Positions 26,384 through 35,900 of a DNA stretch of 64,000 nucleotides are shown here, one piece after another (within the stretch, counting starts at the first letter, position 1; the number at the start of each line of letters is the position of its first letter). The stretch is from Methanobacteriota archaeon (GTDB taxonomy: Archaea > Thermoplasmatota > DTKX01 > VGTL01). The stretch spans positions 4,949-68,948 of the forward strand of contig VGTL01000004.1 in the NCBI GenBank assembly GCA_016874675.1, given 5' to 3'. A program made the translations under genes and the position numbers. The notes beneath the pieces are model-generated. The model ran no database searches, had not been told where the DNA came from, and worked only from the letters and a program-made list of their open reading frames with translations.

Positions 26384-27484
26384 ATGGACGGCAAGGAGAA
26401 GGTGGACGCCATCAACATCGCAAAGCCGATGCTGGGACCGGAGGAGAAGAACGCCGTGCTCGAGGTGATGAGCTCCGGGAAGCTCGCCCAGGGGGAGAAG
26501 GTCGACCGGTTCGAGAAGGCGTTTGCGGCCTACGTCGGGACCAGGCACGCCGTGGCCGTCGGGAACGGGACGATAGCCATCCACCTGGCGCTGCTCGCCC
26601 ACGGGGTCGGCAGGGGCATGGAGGTCGTGACCACGCCTTTCACGTTCATAGGAAGCGTTACGCCGATACTATTCTGCCAGGCCAGGCCGGTGTTCGCCGA
26701 CATCGTGGAGAAGACGTATAACATCGACCCGGCCGACATGAAGAAGGCCATGACGAGGCAGACAAAGGCCATCATCCCGGTCCACCTCTTCGGGCTGGCC
26801 GCGGACATGGACCCCATCATGGAGGCGGCCGGCGACGTCCCGGTGATCGAGGACGCCTGCCAGGCCCACGGCGCGGTCTACAAGGGGCGGAACGTTGGCT
26901 CCATCGGCTCCTGCGCCTGCTACAGCTTCTACCCGACGAAGAACATGACCACCGGCGAGGGCGGGATGATTACCACGAACAACGAGGAGCTGGCGGCCAA
27001 GCTCAGGCTCCTTAGAGACCACGGCCAGAAGACCCGCTACGAGCACGTGGTCATCGGCTACAACTACCGGATGAACGACATATCGGCGGCGATAGGCATC
27101 GAGCAGCTCCGGAAGCTCGAAAGCTTCAACGGGAGGCGCATCGCGAACGCCAAGGTGCTCTCCGACGGGATGTCGGGCGTGAAGCAGGTGAAGACGCCCG
27201 TCGTGCCGGAGGGCTACAGGCACGTCTTCCACCAGTACTCCATTCGCGCCAAAAAGCGCGACGGCCTCAAGGACTTCCTCAATTTGGAGAACATCCGCTG
27301 CGGGATCTACTACCCGAGGCTCGTCACCGCCAACGCGCCGATAAAGCCCTTCGCCACCCGGCCGACGCCCCGGGCCGAGAGGGCCACGCGCGAGGTGCTG
27401 GCCCTGCCGGTACACCCGGGGCTCAGCCAGGAGGACCTGGCCCGGATGGTCAACACCGTGGCCGCGTTCTACGTGGAGAAGTGA
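26384..27484 (+). CDS. DegT/DnrJ/EryC1/StrS sugar aminotransferase
   Basis: IEDACQAHGA, SFYPTKNMTTGEGG, GYNYRM; SD GGGGTGA upstream. Confidence 0.92.
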   Translation: MDGKEKVDAINIAKPMLGPEEKNAVLEVMSSGKLAQGEKVDRFEKAFAAYVGTRHAVAVGNGTIAIHLALLAHGVGRGMEVVTTPFTFIGSVTPILFCQARPVFADIVEKTYNIDPADMKKAMTRQTKAIIPVHLFGLAADMDPIMEAAGDVPVIEDACQAHGAVYKGRNVGSIGSCACYSFYPTKNMTTGEGGMITTNNEELAAKLRLLRDHGQKTRYEHVVIGYNYRMNDISAAIGIEQLRKLESFNGRRIANAKVLSDGMSGVKQVKTPVVPEGYRHVFHQYSIRAKKRDGLKDFLNLENIRCGIYYPRLVTANAPIKPFATRPTPRAERATREVLALPVHPGLSQEDLARMVNTVAAFYVEK

Positions 27485-27552
27485 GCTCCCGCGCGCCTCC
27501 CGGCCCCGGTGACCGCTGCCGCTCCGTCCGAAGTGCCCCCGGTAAATGGATG

Positions 27553-27627
27553 TAGCGGGGAGTAGATTTGAACTACTGATCTACGGGTTATGAGCCCGTC
27601 GGGATTTCCTGGCTACCCTACCCCGCT
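27553..27627 (-). tRNA. Initiator tRNA-Met (CAT)
   Basis: AGCGGGG/CCCCGCT acceptor stem with A1-U72, three G-C pairs around CTCATAA loop, T-arm AGTAG-TTCAAAT-CTACT; CCA not encoded. Confidence 0.95.
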
Positions 27628-27685
27628 GTCCTGGATTGGACCCCTAATAACCTCCACTGGGATAAAAGCCTTACTGAAAGAAGAA

Positions 27686-27918
27686 GGGGCAAGGCGCAGG
27701 GCGCAGGGCGCAAGGCGCAAGGGGCGAAGGGTCAAGTGTCGAAGGCAGAAAGGCAGCAAGGCAGAAAGGCAGAAAGGCAGCAAGGGAAGGCAGCAAGGCA
27801 GCAAGGGACGACGGCCGTCCCCTTGCTCCCTTGCTGCCTTGCTCCCTTGCTCCCTTGCTGCCTTCCCGCCCTCCTGCCCTCCGTCCTTGCGCCTTGCGCC
27901 CTGCGCCCTGCGCCTTGC
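27686..27918. repeat. Nested A(D[core]D')A' element, opposite orientation to the 23608 copy
   Basis: Core GGGACGACGGCCGTCCC at 27805-27821 is the reverse complement of 23720-23736. Confidence 0.9.
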
Positions 27919-27976
27919 AGACCATATGAATACAGTAATAAACCCCTATTCCTTTTTGAGTCAGCCCGATGGGGAA

Positions 27977-28966
27977 GTGAGCGGTTTGGCGAACGGCCTC
28001 GGCTACGGCAAGGTCATCCTGTTCGGGGAGCACTTCGTGGTGTACGGCCTGCCGGCCATCGCCTCGGCGGTGTCGGACAGCACCCTGGCCGAAATCACCC
28101 TGGCGAAGGGGGCGACGCCCCCCGGGAGGCCCGGGCCGGGGGCCTTCATCCAGGAGGGCCGGGGCTGGACCCTCCACGATTCCCGCCCGGAAACGCCGGG
28201 CTACAAGGTCGAGAAGGCCCCGGAGCAGAAGAGGTCCATCGAGCTCATGCTGGCGGTCCTCAAGATCGATGCCGCCCGGACGCCCCTGAAGATAACGCTG
28301 GCCGGGGACCTGAAGGCGGCCTCCGGCGTCGGCGCCAGCGCCGCCTCCTGCGCCGCCATCGCCCGGGCGCTCTCGGGACTTTTCGGACTCGGGCTCTCGG
28401 ACGCGCAGGTCAACGAGGTCGCCCACGAGGGAGAGAAGGGCTACCACGGGACGCCCTCGGGCATCGACGACACGGCGGCCACCTACGGCGGCCTGTTCCT
28501 GTTCAGGAAGGGCCAGCCGAAAAACCTCGTCGAGCCCATCCGGACCGGCAGGCCGGTGGAGATAGTGATGGGCAACTCGGGCCTCACGGCCAGCACCACA
28601 AAGATAGTGGATGGCGTGAGGCAACGCCGGGCCGCCGATCCCGGGAGGTTCGACCGCATCTTCGCCGAGGCCGAAAGGATAGTGCAGGAATCGAGAAGGG
28701 CCCTCCAGGCCGGCGAGCTGGAAAGGGTCGGGGAGCTCATGGACCGAAACCACCGGCTGCTCGTGGAGATAGGCGTCTCGGGGGAGAGGCTGGAGCAGCT
28801 GGTCGGGATCGCCAAAAGGGAGGGGGCGCTCGGTGCCAAGATCACCGGCACCGGCGTCGGAGGGTACATGGTGGCGCTCACGCCCGGCAGGGAGCTTCAG
28901 CAAAATGTGGCGAGGGCGATGGAGAGGGCCGGTTTCTCGGCATTGAGGACCAGCATCGGAAAATGA
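27977..28966 (+). CDS. mvk: Mevalonate kinase
   Basis: GKVILFGEHFVVYG, ASGVGASAA, GTPSGID, GAKITGTGVGG; GTG start. Confidence 0.9.
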   Translation: MSGLANGLGYGKVILFGEHFVVYGLPAIASAVSDSTLAEITLAKGATPPGRPGPGAFIQEGRGWTLHDSRPETPGYKVEKAPEQKRSIELMLAVLKIDAARTPLKITLAGDLKAASGVGASAASCAAIARALSGLFGLGLSDAQVNEVAHEGEKGYHGTPSGIDDTAATYGGLFLFRKGQPKNLVEPIRTGRPVEIVMGNSGLTASTTKIVDGVRQRRAADPGRFDRIFAEAERIVQESRRALQAGELERVGELMDRNHRLLVEIGVSGERLEQLVGIAKREGALGAKITGTGVGGYMVALTPGRELQQNVARAMERAGFSALRTSIGK

Positions 28967-28975
28967 GGTGGGAGC

Positions 28976-30295
28976 GTGGAGTTTCGGGAGTTCATCCGGC
29001 ATCTGGAGGAGAAGGGGCAGATCACGCACATCGAGCGGCAGGTGGACCCGGTCTACGAGGTCTCCACCCTCATCAAGAAACTGGACGGCAGGCCGCTGCT
29101 CTTCGAGAACGTGAAGGGCCATTCGATGCAGGTGATATCGAACATCTGCGCCACCCGGGACCTCGTGTGCGAGGGCCTGGGCATCCCCCGCAAGGAGCTC
29201 ATTGTCAGGCTGGCCGAGGCGATGGACAATCCGAGGCCCCCGGCGGTCGAGGAGGCCTCGGGCTACCGGGACATCGGTCCCGACCTGACCAAGCTCCCCA
29301 TCCTGACCTACTACGCCGTGGACGGCGGCCCCTATGTCGCCTCCGGGATAGCCATCGCGGCCGACCGCGAGTTCGGCCTCAACGCCTCCTACCACAGGTC
29401 CATGATGTTCAAGGGCGGGGACGGGAAATTGCTCAAGGACCGGTTCGTCCTGCGCATCCTCCAGCGCGACCTCGACGCCTACATTGAACGCGGTCTCAAG
29501 GAGTTCGCCTTCTGCATCGGCAACTCCATTCCGGTCCTCCTGGGGGCCGCCATCTCCGTCCCGATAGCCGTCGACGAGATGGCCATCGCCAACGCGCTGG
29601 CGGAGACCCGGCTCGTCCGCCTGGGCGGCCACACAGTGCCCAAATCGGACATAGTCATGATGATGGAGCTCACCGGCGAGATGCACAAGGAGGGTCCGTT
29701 CGTCGATCTTACGGAAACGGTGGACATCGTGCGCGAGCAGCGGGTGGCGCGGGTCAAGAACATATTCGTCCAAAAGGACGCGGTCTTCCACGCCCTCCTG
29801 CCCGGGGGGCTCGAGCACAAGGTCCTGATGGGCATGCCCCGCGAGCCCACGATATACCGCGAGGTGGGCAAGGTGTGCCGGGTCAAGGACGTGCTCGTCA
29901 CGCCAGGGGGCGCCTCCTGGCTGCACGGCGTCGTGTCCATCGTCAAGAAGAACCCCGACGACGGCATGAAGGCGATCGACGCGGCGTTCAAGGGCCACAG
30001 GTCGATGAAGCACGTCTTCATCGTGGACGACGACATAGACGTAAACGACCCCCACGAGGTGGAGTGGGCGATGGCGACGCGCTTTCAGGGAAAGCGCGGC
30101 ATCCGGATGTTCGAGGACAAGGGCTCGTCGCTGGACCCGTCGTCGGACATGAGGACCCAGATGACGACCAAGATGGGCTTCGACCTGACCATACCGCCCG
30201 ACGAGCCGTCGGAGAAGGGGGCCAGGAAGGAGTTCCGGAAGCCCCCCCTGCCGATAAAGCTGAACGTGGACGACTATCTGCGGTCCTGCAAGTAG
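28976..30295 (+). CDS. UbiD-family decarboxylase (probable anhydromevalonate phosphate decarboxylase)
   Basis: DGGPY, EGPFVDLT, EHKVLMGMPREP, VDDDIDV..EVEWAMATRFQ; operon context. Confidence 0.85.
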   Translation: MEFREFIRHLEEKGQITHIERQVDPVYEVSTLIKKLDGRPLLFENVKGHSMQVISNICATRDLVCEGLGIPRKELIVRLAEAMDNPRPPAVEEASGYRDIGPDLTKLPILTYYAVDGGPYVASGIAIAADREFGLNASYHRSMMFKGGDGKLLKDRFVLRILQRDLDAYIERGLKEFAFCIGNSIPVLLGAAISVPIAVDEMAIANALAETRLVRLGGHTVPKSDIVMMMELTGEMHKEGPFVDLTETVDIVREQRVARVKNIFVQKDAVFHALLPGGLEHKVLMGMPREPTIYREVGKVCRVKDVLVTPGGASWLHGVVSIVKKNPDDGMKAIDAAFKGHRSMKHVFIVDDDIDVNDPHEVEWAMATRFQGKRGIRMFEDKGSSLDPSSDMRTQMTTKMGFDLTIPPDEPSEKGARKEFRKPPLPIKLNVDDYLRSCK

Positions 30296-30303
30296 GTGGT
30301 GCG

Positions 30304-31494
30304 ATGCATCTTACGAACGAGGAGGAAAAGGTGCTTGCGGGCGAGCGGGGCGAGGTCCCGGCGCGCTCGATGCGCCTGCTCGTGAAGCTTGGCGACATCT
30401 ACGGCGCCGAGAGGATGATCCCCGTCGGCTCGGCCCAGGTCGCCGGCGTTTCGTACAAGTCCATCGGCGACCCGGGGCGCGACTTCCTCGAGGACTACGC
30501 TCGGCTGGGGGCGAAGGTGAGGGTGCCCACCTTCCTCAACCCCGCCGGCATGGACATCGAGGACTGGGAGGGGCTCAGGTTCCCCAAGCGGTTCGCCGAG
30601 CAGCAGCTGAGGATAATGGAGGCCTTCCGCAAGATGGGCATCATCATGAGCGCCTCCTGCACGCCGTACCTTGCGGGCAACCTGCCCCGCTTCGGCGAGC
30701 ACATCGCCTGGTCCGAGTCCTCGGCGGTGTCGTTTGCGAACTCGGTCATCGGGGCCCGGACCAACCGGGAGGGCGGGCCGTCGGCGCTGGCGGCCGCCAT
30801 ATGCGGCGTGACCCCCGACTACGGGTACCACCGGGACGAGAACCGCCATCCCCACTTCCAGGTCAATGTCTCCGCCGGGCTCGGGTTCTCGTCGGACTAC
30901 GGGGCGCTGGGCTGGTTCGTCGGGAAGGTCGTCAAGGACAAGATACCCCATTTCACCGGCCTTCCGGAGGACGCCGGCACGGACGAGCTCAAGGCCCTCG
31001 GGGCCGCCATGGCGGCTTCCGGGGCCGTGGCGCTCTACCACGCCGAGGGGCTCACGCCCGAGGCGCGCTGGGCGAGGAAGGAGGACCTGCAGACGGTCGA
31101 TTTCGGGGACAGGGAGCTCGAAGAGACCTATGCGAAGCTGAGCCCGGCCAAAGACCCCGACCTGGTCGTCATCGGGTGCCCGCACGCCTCGATGAAGGAG
31201 ATAGCGCGCGTGGCCGCACTGGTCGACGGCAAGCATCTGAAGAGGCCCCTGTGGGTCTGCACCTCGCGCGTCATGAAGGAGGCGGCGCGAAGGATGGGCT
31301 TTGCCGCCATCATCGAGAAGGCCGGCGGGAGGATAGTCGCCGACACCTGCATGGTGGTGGCGCCCATAGAGGAGATGGGTTTCAAGACCACCGGCGTGAA
31401 CTCGGGCAAGGCCGCAAGCTACCTCCCGGGCCACTGCAAGCAGGGCGTGATGTACGGCCGGATAGAGGACCTGGTGGAGGCGGCCTCCAAGTGA
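30304..31494 (+). CDS. Aconitase X catalytic subunit (phosphomevalonate dehydratase large subunit)
   Basis: SCTPY, AWSESSAV, GARTNREGGPSALAAA, IGCPHAS, ADTCMVVAP, NSGKAASY. Confidence 0.9.
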   Translation: MHLTNEEEKVLAGERGEVPARSMRLLVKLGDIYGAERMIPVGSAQVAGVSYKSIGDPGRDFLEDYARLGAKVRVPTFLNPAGMDIEDWEGLRFPKRFAEQQLRIMEAFRKMGIIMSASCTPYLAGNLPRFGEHIAWSESSAVSFANSVIGARTNREGGPSALAAAICGVTPDYGYHRDENRHPHFQVNVSAGLGFSSDYGALGWFVGKVVKDKIPHFTGLPEDAGTDELKALGAAMAASGAVALYHAEGLTPEARWARKEDLQTVDFGDRELEETYAKLSPAKDPDLVVIGCPHASMKEIARVAALVDGKHLKRPLWVCTSRVMKEAARRMGFAAIIEKAGGRIVADTCMVVAPIEEMGFKTTGVNSGKAASYLPGHCKQGVMYGRIEDLVEAASK

Positions 31495-32426
31495 TCGACA
31501 AGGCAGTGCTCGATGCGCTCAGGGCGGCCATCGAGGCCGCCTCGGGCGAGGCGCTGGGGAAGGCGAAAGGCGCAGGGCGCGAGGCGCAAGGTGCGAGGGC
31601 GCAAGGGTCGGGGCGCAAGGCACAAGGGGCCCCACCGGAATCTTTTCTCCCCGTTGCCCCGTGCCCCTCGCCCCTTGCCCCTTCGTCCCCTGCGCCTTGC
31701 GCCTCGCGCCCTGCGCCTTCCATCGCGCTCTTCGACCTCGACGGCACCCTGGCCCGGGGCCACATGATATTCGACTTCCCGGCGCACCTGGGGCGCGCCG
31801 GGCTCTTCCCGCCGGCCAGCCTGGACGAGGTCGGCAAGATGCGCGCCGATTTCTCCGCAGGCAAGCTGACCTACCGCTTCGTCGCCGAGAGGCTTCCCCT
31901 GATATACGCCGAAGGCGTCAAGGGACAGAGGGCCGAAATCATCGCGCTCGAGGCCGAACGATTCGTTGAGGGCCGCATGGACCGCGTGTTCGCCTATGCC
32001 CGTCCCCTGGTCCGCCTCATGCGCGAGGCCGGCCGTCCGGCGCTAGCCCTCAGCGGCTCGCCCGTCGAGACGGTCGGCGCCCTGGCCCGAAGAATCGGGA
32101 TTGAGGCGTCCGTCGGCACCGATCTCGCGACACGCGGCGGCCGCTTCACCGGCGGGGTGCTCCAAAACTACATTCTCGGCGAGACCAAGTCCGCCGCGCT
32201 CTCCGAGCTGGTCAAGACGCTCCGCCTCGAAATGCCGGCCTGCTTCGGCTTCGGCGACACCGAGCAGGATGTCTCGTTCCTGGGCCGCGTCGGCCACCCG
32301 GTCTGCCTCAATCCTTCGAAGGAGCTCCGGGCGGAAGCTTTGAAGAAGGGCTGGCCGATGCTCGGCGAGGCCGAGGACGTGGTCGCCAAGGTGAGGGAAC
32401 TGGTGGTGAGGGCGGATGCAGTATAA
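31491..32426 (+). CDS. HAD-IB (SerB-like) phosphatase with an in-frame palindromic insertion
   Basis: FDLDGT, LSGS, K, FGDTEQD motifs; GTGA overlap with the AcnX stop. Confidence 0.8.
   Translation: MIDKAVLDALRAAIEAASGEALGKAKGAGREAQGARAQGSGRKAQGAPPESFLPVAPCPSPLAPSSPAPCASRPAPSIALFDLDGTLARGHMIFDFPAHLGRAGLFPPASLDEVGKMRADFSAGKLTYRFVAERLPLIYAEGVKGQRAEIIALEAERFVEGRMDRVFAYARPLVRLMREAGRPALALSGSPVETVGALARRIGIEASVGTDLATRGGRFTGGVLQNYILGETKSAALSELVKTLRLEMPACFGFGDTEQDVSFLGRVGHPVCLNPSKELRAEALKKGWPMLGEAEDVVAKVRELVVRADAV
31560..31719. repeat. Family A palindromic element inside the HAD CDS
   Basis: GGCGCA(A/G) arm, centre, TTGCGCC/GCCCCT arm; open in the HAD frame. Confidence 0.85.
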
Positions 32427-32805
32427 GGGCAGGTCCATAAACCCCGGCGCGGCCGAGGGCGAGGCCATCGTTTCAAAGGAGCCCATAGGATTCTACGGCG
32501 GGGTCGACCCCAAGACCGGCCTCTTCATCGAGAAGGGCCACGAGCTCGAGGGAGTGTCCGTCCGCGGCAAGATACTGGTGTTCCCCAAGGGAAAGGGCTC
32601 CACCGTGGGCTCCTACGTGATCTACGGCCTGGCGGCGAACAAGGTCGGGCCCCTGGCCATCGTCAACTCCGAAACGGAGACCATCGTCGCCACCGGCGTC
32701 ATCCTGGCGGACATCCCCTGCGTCGACGGCATCCCCACCGACAGGCTCAGGACCGGCGACCGCCTCAGGGTGGATGCGACGAACGGGACGGTCGAGGTGC
32801 TCTAG
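32416..32805 (+). CDS. DUF126 / AcnX swiveling subunit (phosphomevalonate dehydratase small subunit)
   Basis: GGVDPKTG, GKILVFPKGKGSTVGSY, ETIVATG. Confidence 0.92.
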   Translation: MQYKGRSINPGAAEGEAIVSKEPIGFYGGVDPKTGLFIEKGHELEGVSVRGKILVFPKGKGSTVGSYVIYGLAANKVGPLAIVNSETETIVATGVILADIPCVDGIPTDRLRTGDRLRVDATNGTVEVL

Positions 32806-32807
32806 GG

Positions 32808-32925
32808 AAAGAAGGCAGGAAGGCAGCAAGGCAGAAAGGGAGAAAGGGACGGCCGTCGTCCCTTCCTGCCTTTCTGCCCTCCTACCCCCCTTTCTCCCTT
32901 TCTGCCTTGCTGCCTTGCTGCCTCC
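32808..32925. repeat. Family D element with conserved core
   Basis: Core GGGACGGCCGTCGTCCC at 32846-32862. Confidence 0.85.
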
Positions 32926-32961
32926 ATAACCTATTTATGAGAAGCGCGTCATCCTCGTCCG

Positions 32962-35900
32962 ATGCGCTCCGAGGGACGCCCGCTGCCGGCGCTCGCGCTG
33001 GCGATCCTACTGGCCTTCCCGGCCATCCTGGCCATCCCGGCACTCGCGCCCGGCGAGTCCTCAGCGGACCATTCCCGGCCTTCCGTCCTGCTGCGGTTCC
33101 GGGCCGGGGAGTACGACCCGGACCGCCAGCCGCCGCCGCTCCCCCGCCCGCTCGTCCTCGACAGGCCGCAAGGCGTCTTCATCGTGCAGTTCGACGGCCC
33201 GGTGCTCGTCGAATGGGCGCGGTGGCTCTCGGAGAGGGGCGACATCCTGGCATACATCCCGGATTTCGCGTTCGTGGTCCGTTCCCCCGATTCCTCCCCG
33301 GCCTCGCTGCGCTCCCACCCGAATGTCCGTTTCGTCGGGCCCTTCGAACCCGGCTTCAAGCTCGAGCCGGCGCTCAGGCTCGACGGGACCGAGCGCAGGC
33401 TCAACATCGTGCCCTTTCCGGGCGCCGACCTTTCGGCCCTCGGCCGCCGGCTCGCCTCCCTGGGCGCCGCGATCCTCCAGGAGGACCCTTTCCTTGTCGT
33501 CGCCAGCGCCACCGGGCGGACGGCGCTCAGGCTGGCCTTCGACCCCGATGTCCAGTGGATAGAGGAGGCCGGGGAGGACTCGCCGGACAACCACAGGGCA
33601 TCCATCATCAGCGCCGTCCGCTCGGCCAAGGACGGCGCCTACGACTGGAACGGCACGGATTCGCTTTGGAGCTACAACGCCACCACCGGGAGGTTCGAGG
33701 GCCACGCCGGCCAAAACGTCACGGTGGCGGTGTGCGACACCGGCGTTGACGGCACCCACCCGGCGTTCGAGGGGAGGATGACCGGCTACGTGAACTACTC
33801 CGGCGGCACCGAGTGGACGGACCCGGGCTGGCACGGCACCCACGTCGCCGGGACGGTGCTGGGCAACGGCAGCCGGCGCGCCGGGGACCCGGGCACCGCC
33901 GGCTACTACGCCGGCATGGCGCCCCTGGCGAATCTTGTGGGCCAGAACCGCTTCTCCGGCGGCGGCAACTACACCGCGTTCTGCCGGGACGCCTTCCGGC
34001 TCAACGCCACCATCCAGAGCAACAGCTGGAGCTCGTCGACGGCCTCCGACGGAGGGAAGTACGAGACCCGCGCGGTCGCCTACGACCGCCTCGTGCGCGA
34101 TGCCGACCCCGACACCGACGGCAACCAGACCATCACCGAGGTCTTCTCGGCGGGCAACAACGGCCCCGGGGCGCGCACCGTGAGCCCCCCCACGACGGCC
34201 AAGAACGTGATATCCGTCGGCGCCGCCGACAATGCGAACGGGACGACCATCGCCTCGTTCAGCTCGAGGGGCCCGTGCCTGGACGGCCGCGTCAAGCCCG
34301 ACATCGTCGCCCCCGGCGTATCCGTGACCTCGGCCCGGGCCAACAGCGCCTCCTCCTACTGGTCCGCCTCGGGCACGAGCATGTCCTGCCCGGTGGTGTC
34401 GGGCGCGGCGGCCGTCGCCTACGGCTTCCATAACGGGACCCGCGGCGCCCCGCCCAGCCCGGCGATGCTCAAGGCCGTGCTGCTCAACGGGGCCGACCCC
34501 CTGCCGGGCTACCAGTGGCCCGGACCGGACCAGGGCTGGGGCCGGCTCAACCTGTCCAGGTCCCTCCTCAACACGACCGGGAGGACCATCTGGAGCGAGG
34601 ACCAGAACGGGAACCTCTCGACCGGCGAGTGGCGCAACTACACATTCCGCGTGACGAACTCGTCGGAGCTCAAATTGACGCTCGTCTGGACCGACGTCCC
34701 GGGAGCCCTGAACGCCAACCCGGCGCTGGTCAACGACCTGGACCTTTTGCTCGTGTCGCCCTCGGACGTCACCTACCGCGGCAACCAGTTCACGGACGGC
34801 TACTCGAACCAAAGCGCCCAAAACGACACCCTCAACAACGTCGAGATGGCCCGGCTGGCGGCGCCCGAGACGGGCTGGTGGACACTCTCGGTGCGCGGCG
34901 CCAACGTTCCCGTGGGCCCGCAGGAGTTCGCGCTGGTGGTGTCGGGCCCCTTCGGGTTCGTCTTCCCCGAGGCCGTCGACCTGCGCGCCACGGACCTCCG
35001 GATCGCCCCGCAGGACCCCGAAGAGGGCGACCTCCTCACCGTCACGGGCAGCCTGACCAACGACGGCCCCGTCGTGCTTCCCCAGTTCGATTGCCGCGTC
35101 CGCGTGATGTCCGACGGCGGGCCCGTCTGCGAGACGGTCCTCTCGGCGCCGCGCCTTGCGCCGGGCGAGAACTGGACGCTCGAGCTCGGCTGGGTGGCGG
35201 TCCGCGGCTTCTACAACGCAACGCTCGAGGTGGACCCGCTCCTCGACATCCCGGAGCGCCTGGAGGACAACAACGGCCTGTCGGCGGGCTTCAAGGTGCG
35301 CGGGTACGGCCTCGTCCTCTCCTGCGCGGCCGACCGCTCGGCCGTGGACCCCGGCGCCTCGGCCGGATACGAGCTCTCGCTCGAGAACACGGGCAACGCG
35401 CCCGACGGCATACTGGTTGCCATTGAGGCCCCGCCGGGGAATGGCTGGAGCGCCGCGCTGGATTCCCTTTTGGTCCAGCTCGGTCCCGGAGAGGCCCGGA
35501 CCGTCCGGGCGACGCTGGCCTGCCCCGCCGGCGCCAAGGCCTTCGGGCGTGCCTCGTTCGACGTGAGGGCGACCTCGGAGGGCAATTCCACCTACACGTC
35601 GGCCGTGTCGCTGGCCGCCGCCGTCAACCAGATCTTCGGCCTGGGGCTTGCGGCCGAGCGGACCGAGATGTCCGTCCTCCCCGGCGAGACCGCCTCGTTC
35701 TTCCTGACGCTCTCGAACGCCGGCAACGGGCCCGATACGTATACGCTGCATTCGAGCGCGGCCTTCCCCGCCTGGCCGGCCCGGCTGGATACGAAAAGGG
35801 CATCGCTCGAGAGCGGGGAATCCGAAAACATCACGCTGAACGTCACGCCGCCGGTTCACGCGCTGGCGTTCGAATCCTGCACCGTGACCGTCCGATCTTC

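Noticed and set aside
27484-27690. tRNA-iMet as an integration site for a mobile element
   Set aside because: No duplicated tRNA 3' end, no integrase, and housekeeping genes lie on both sides.
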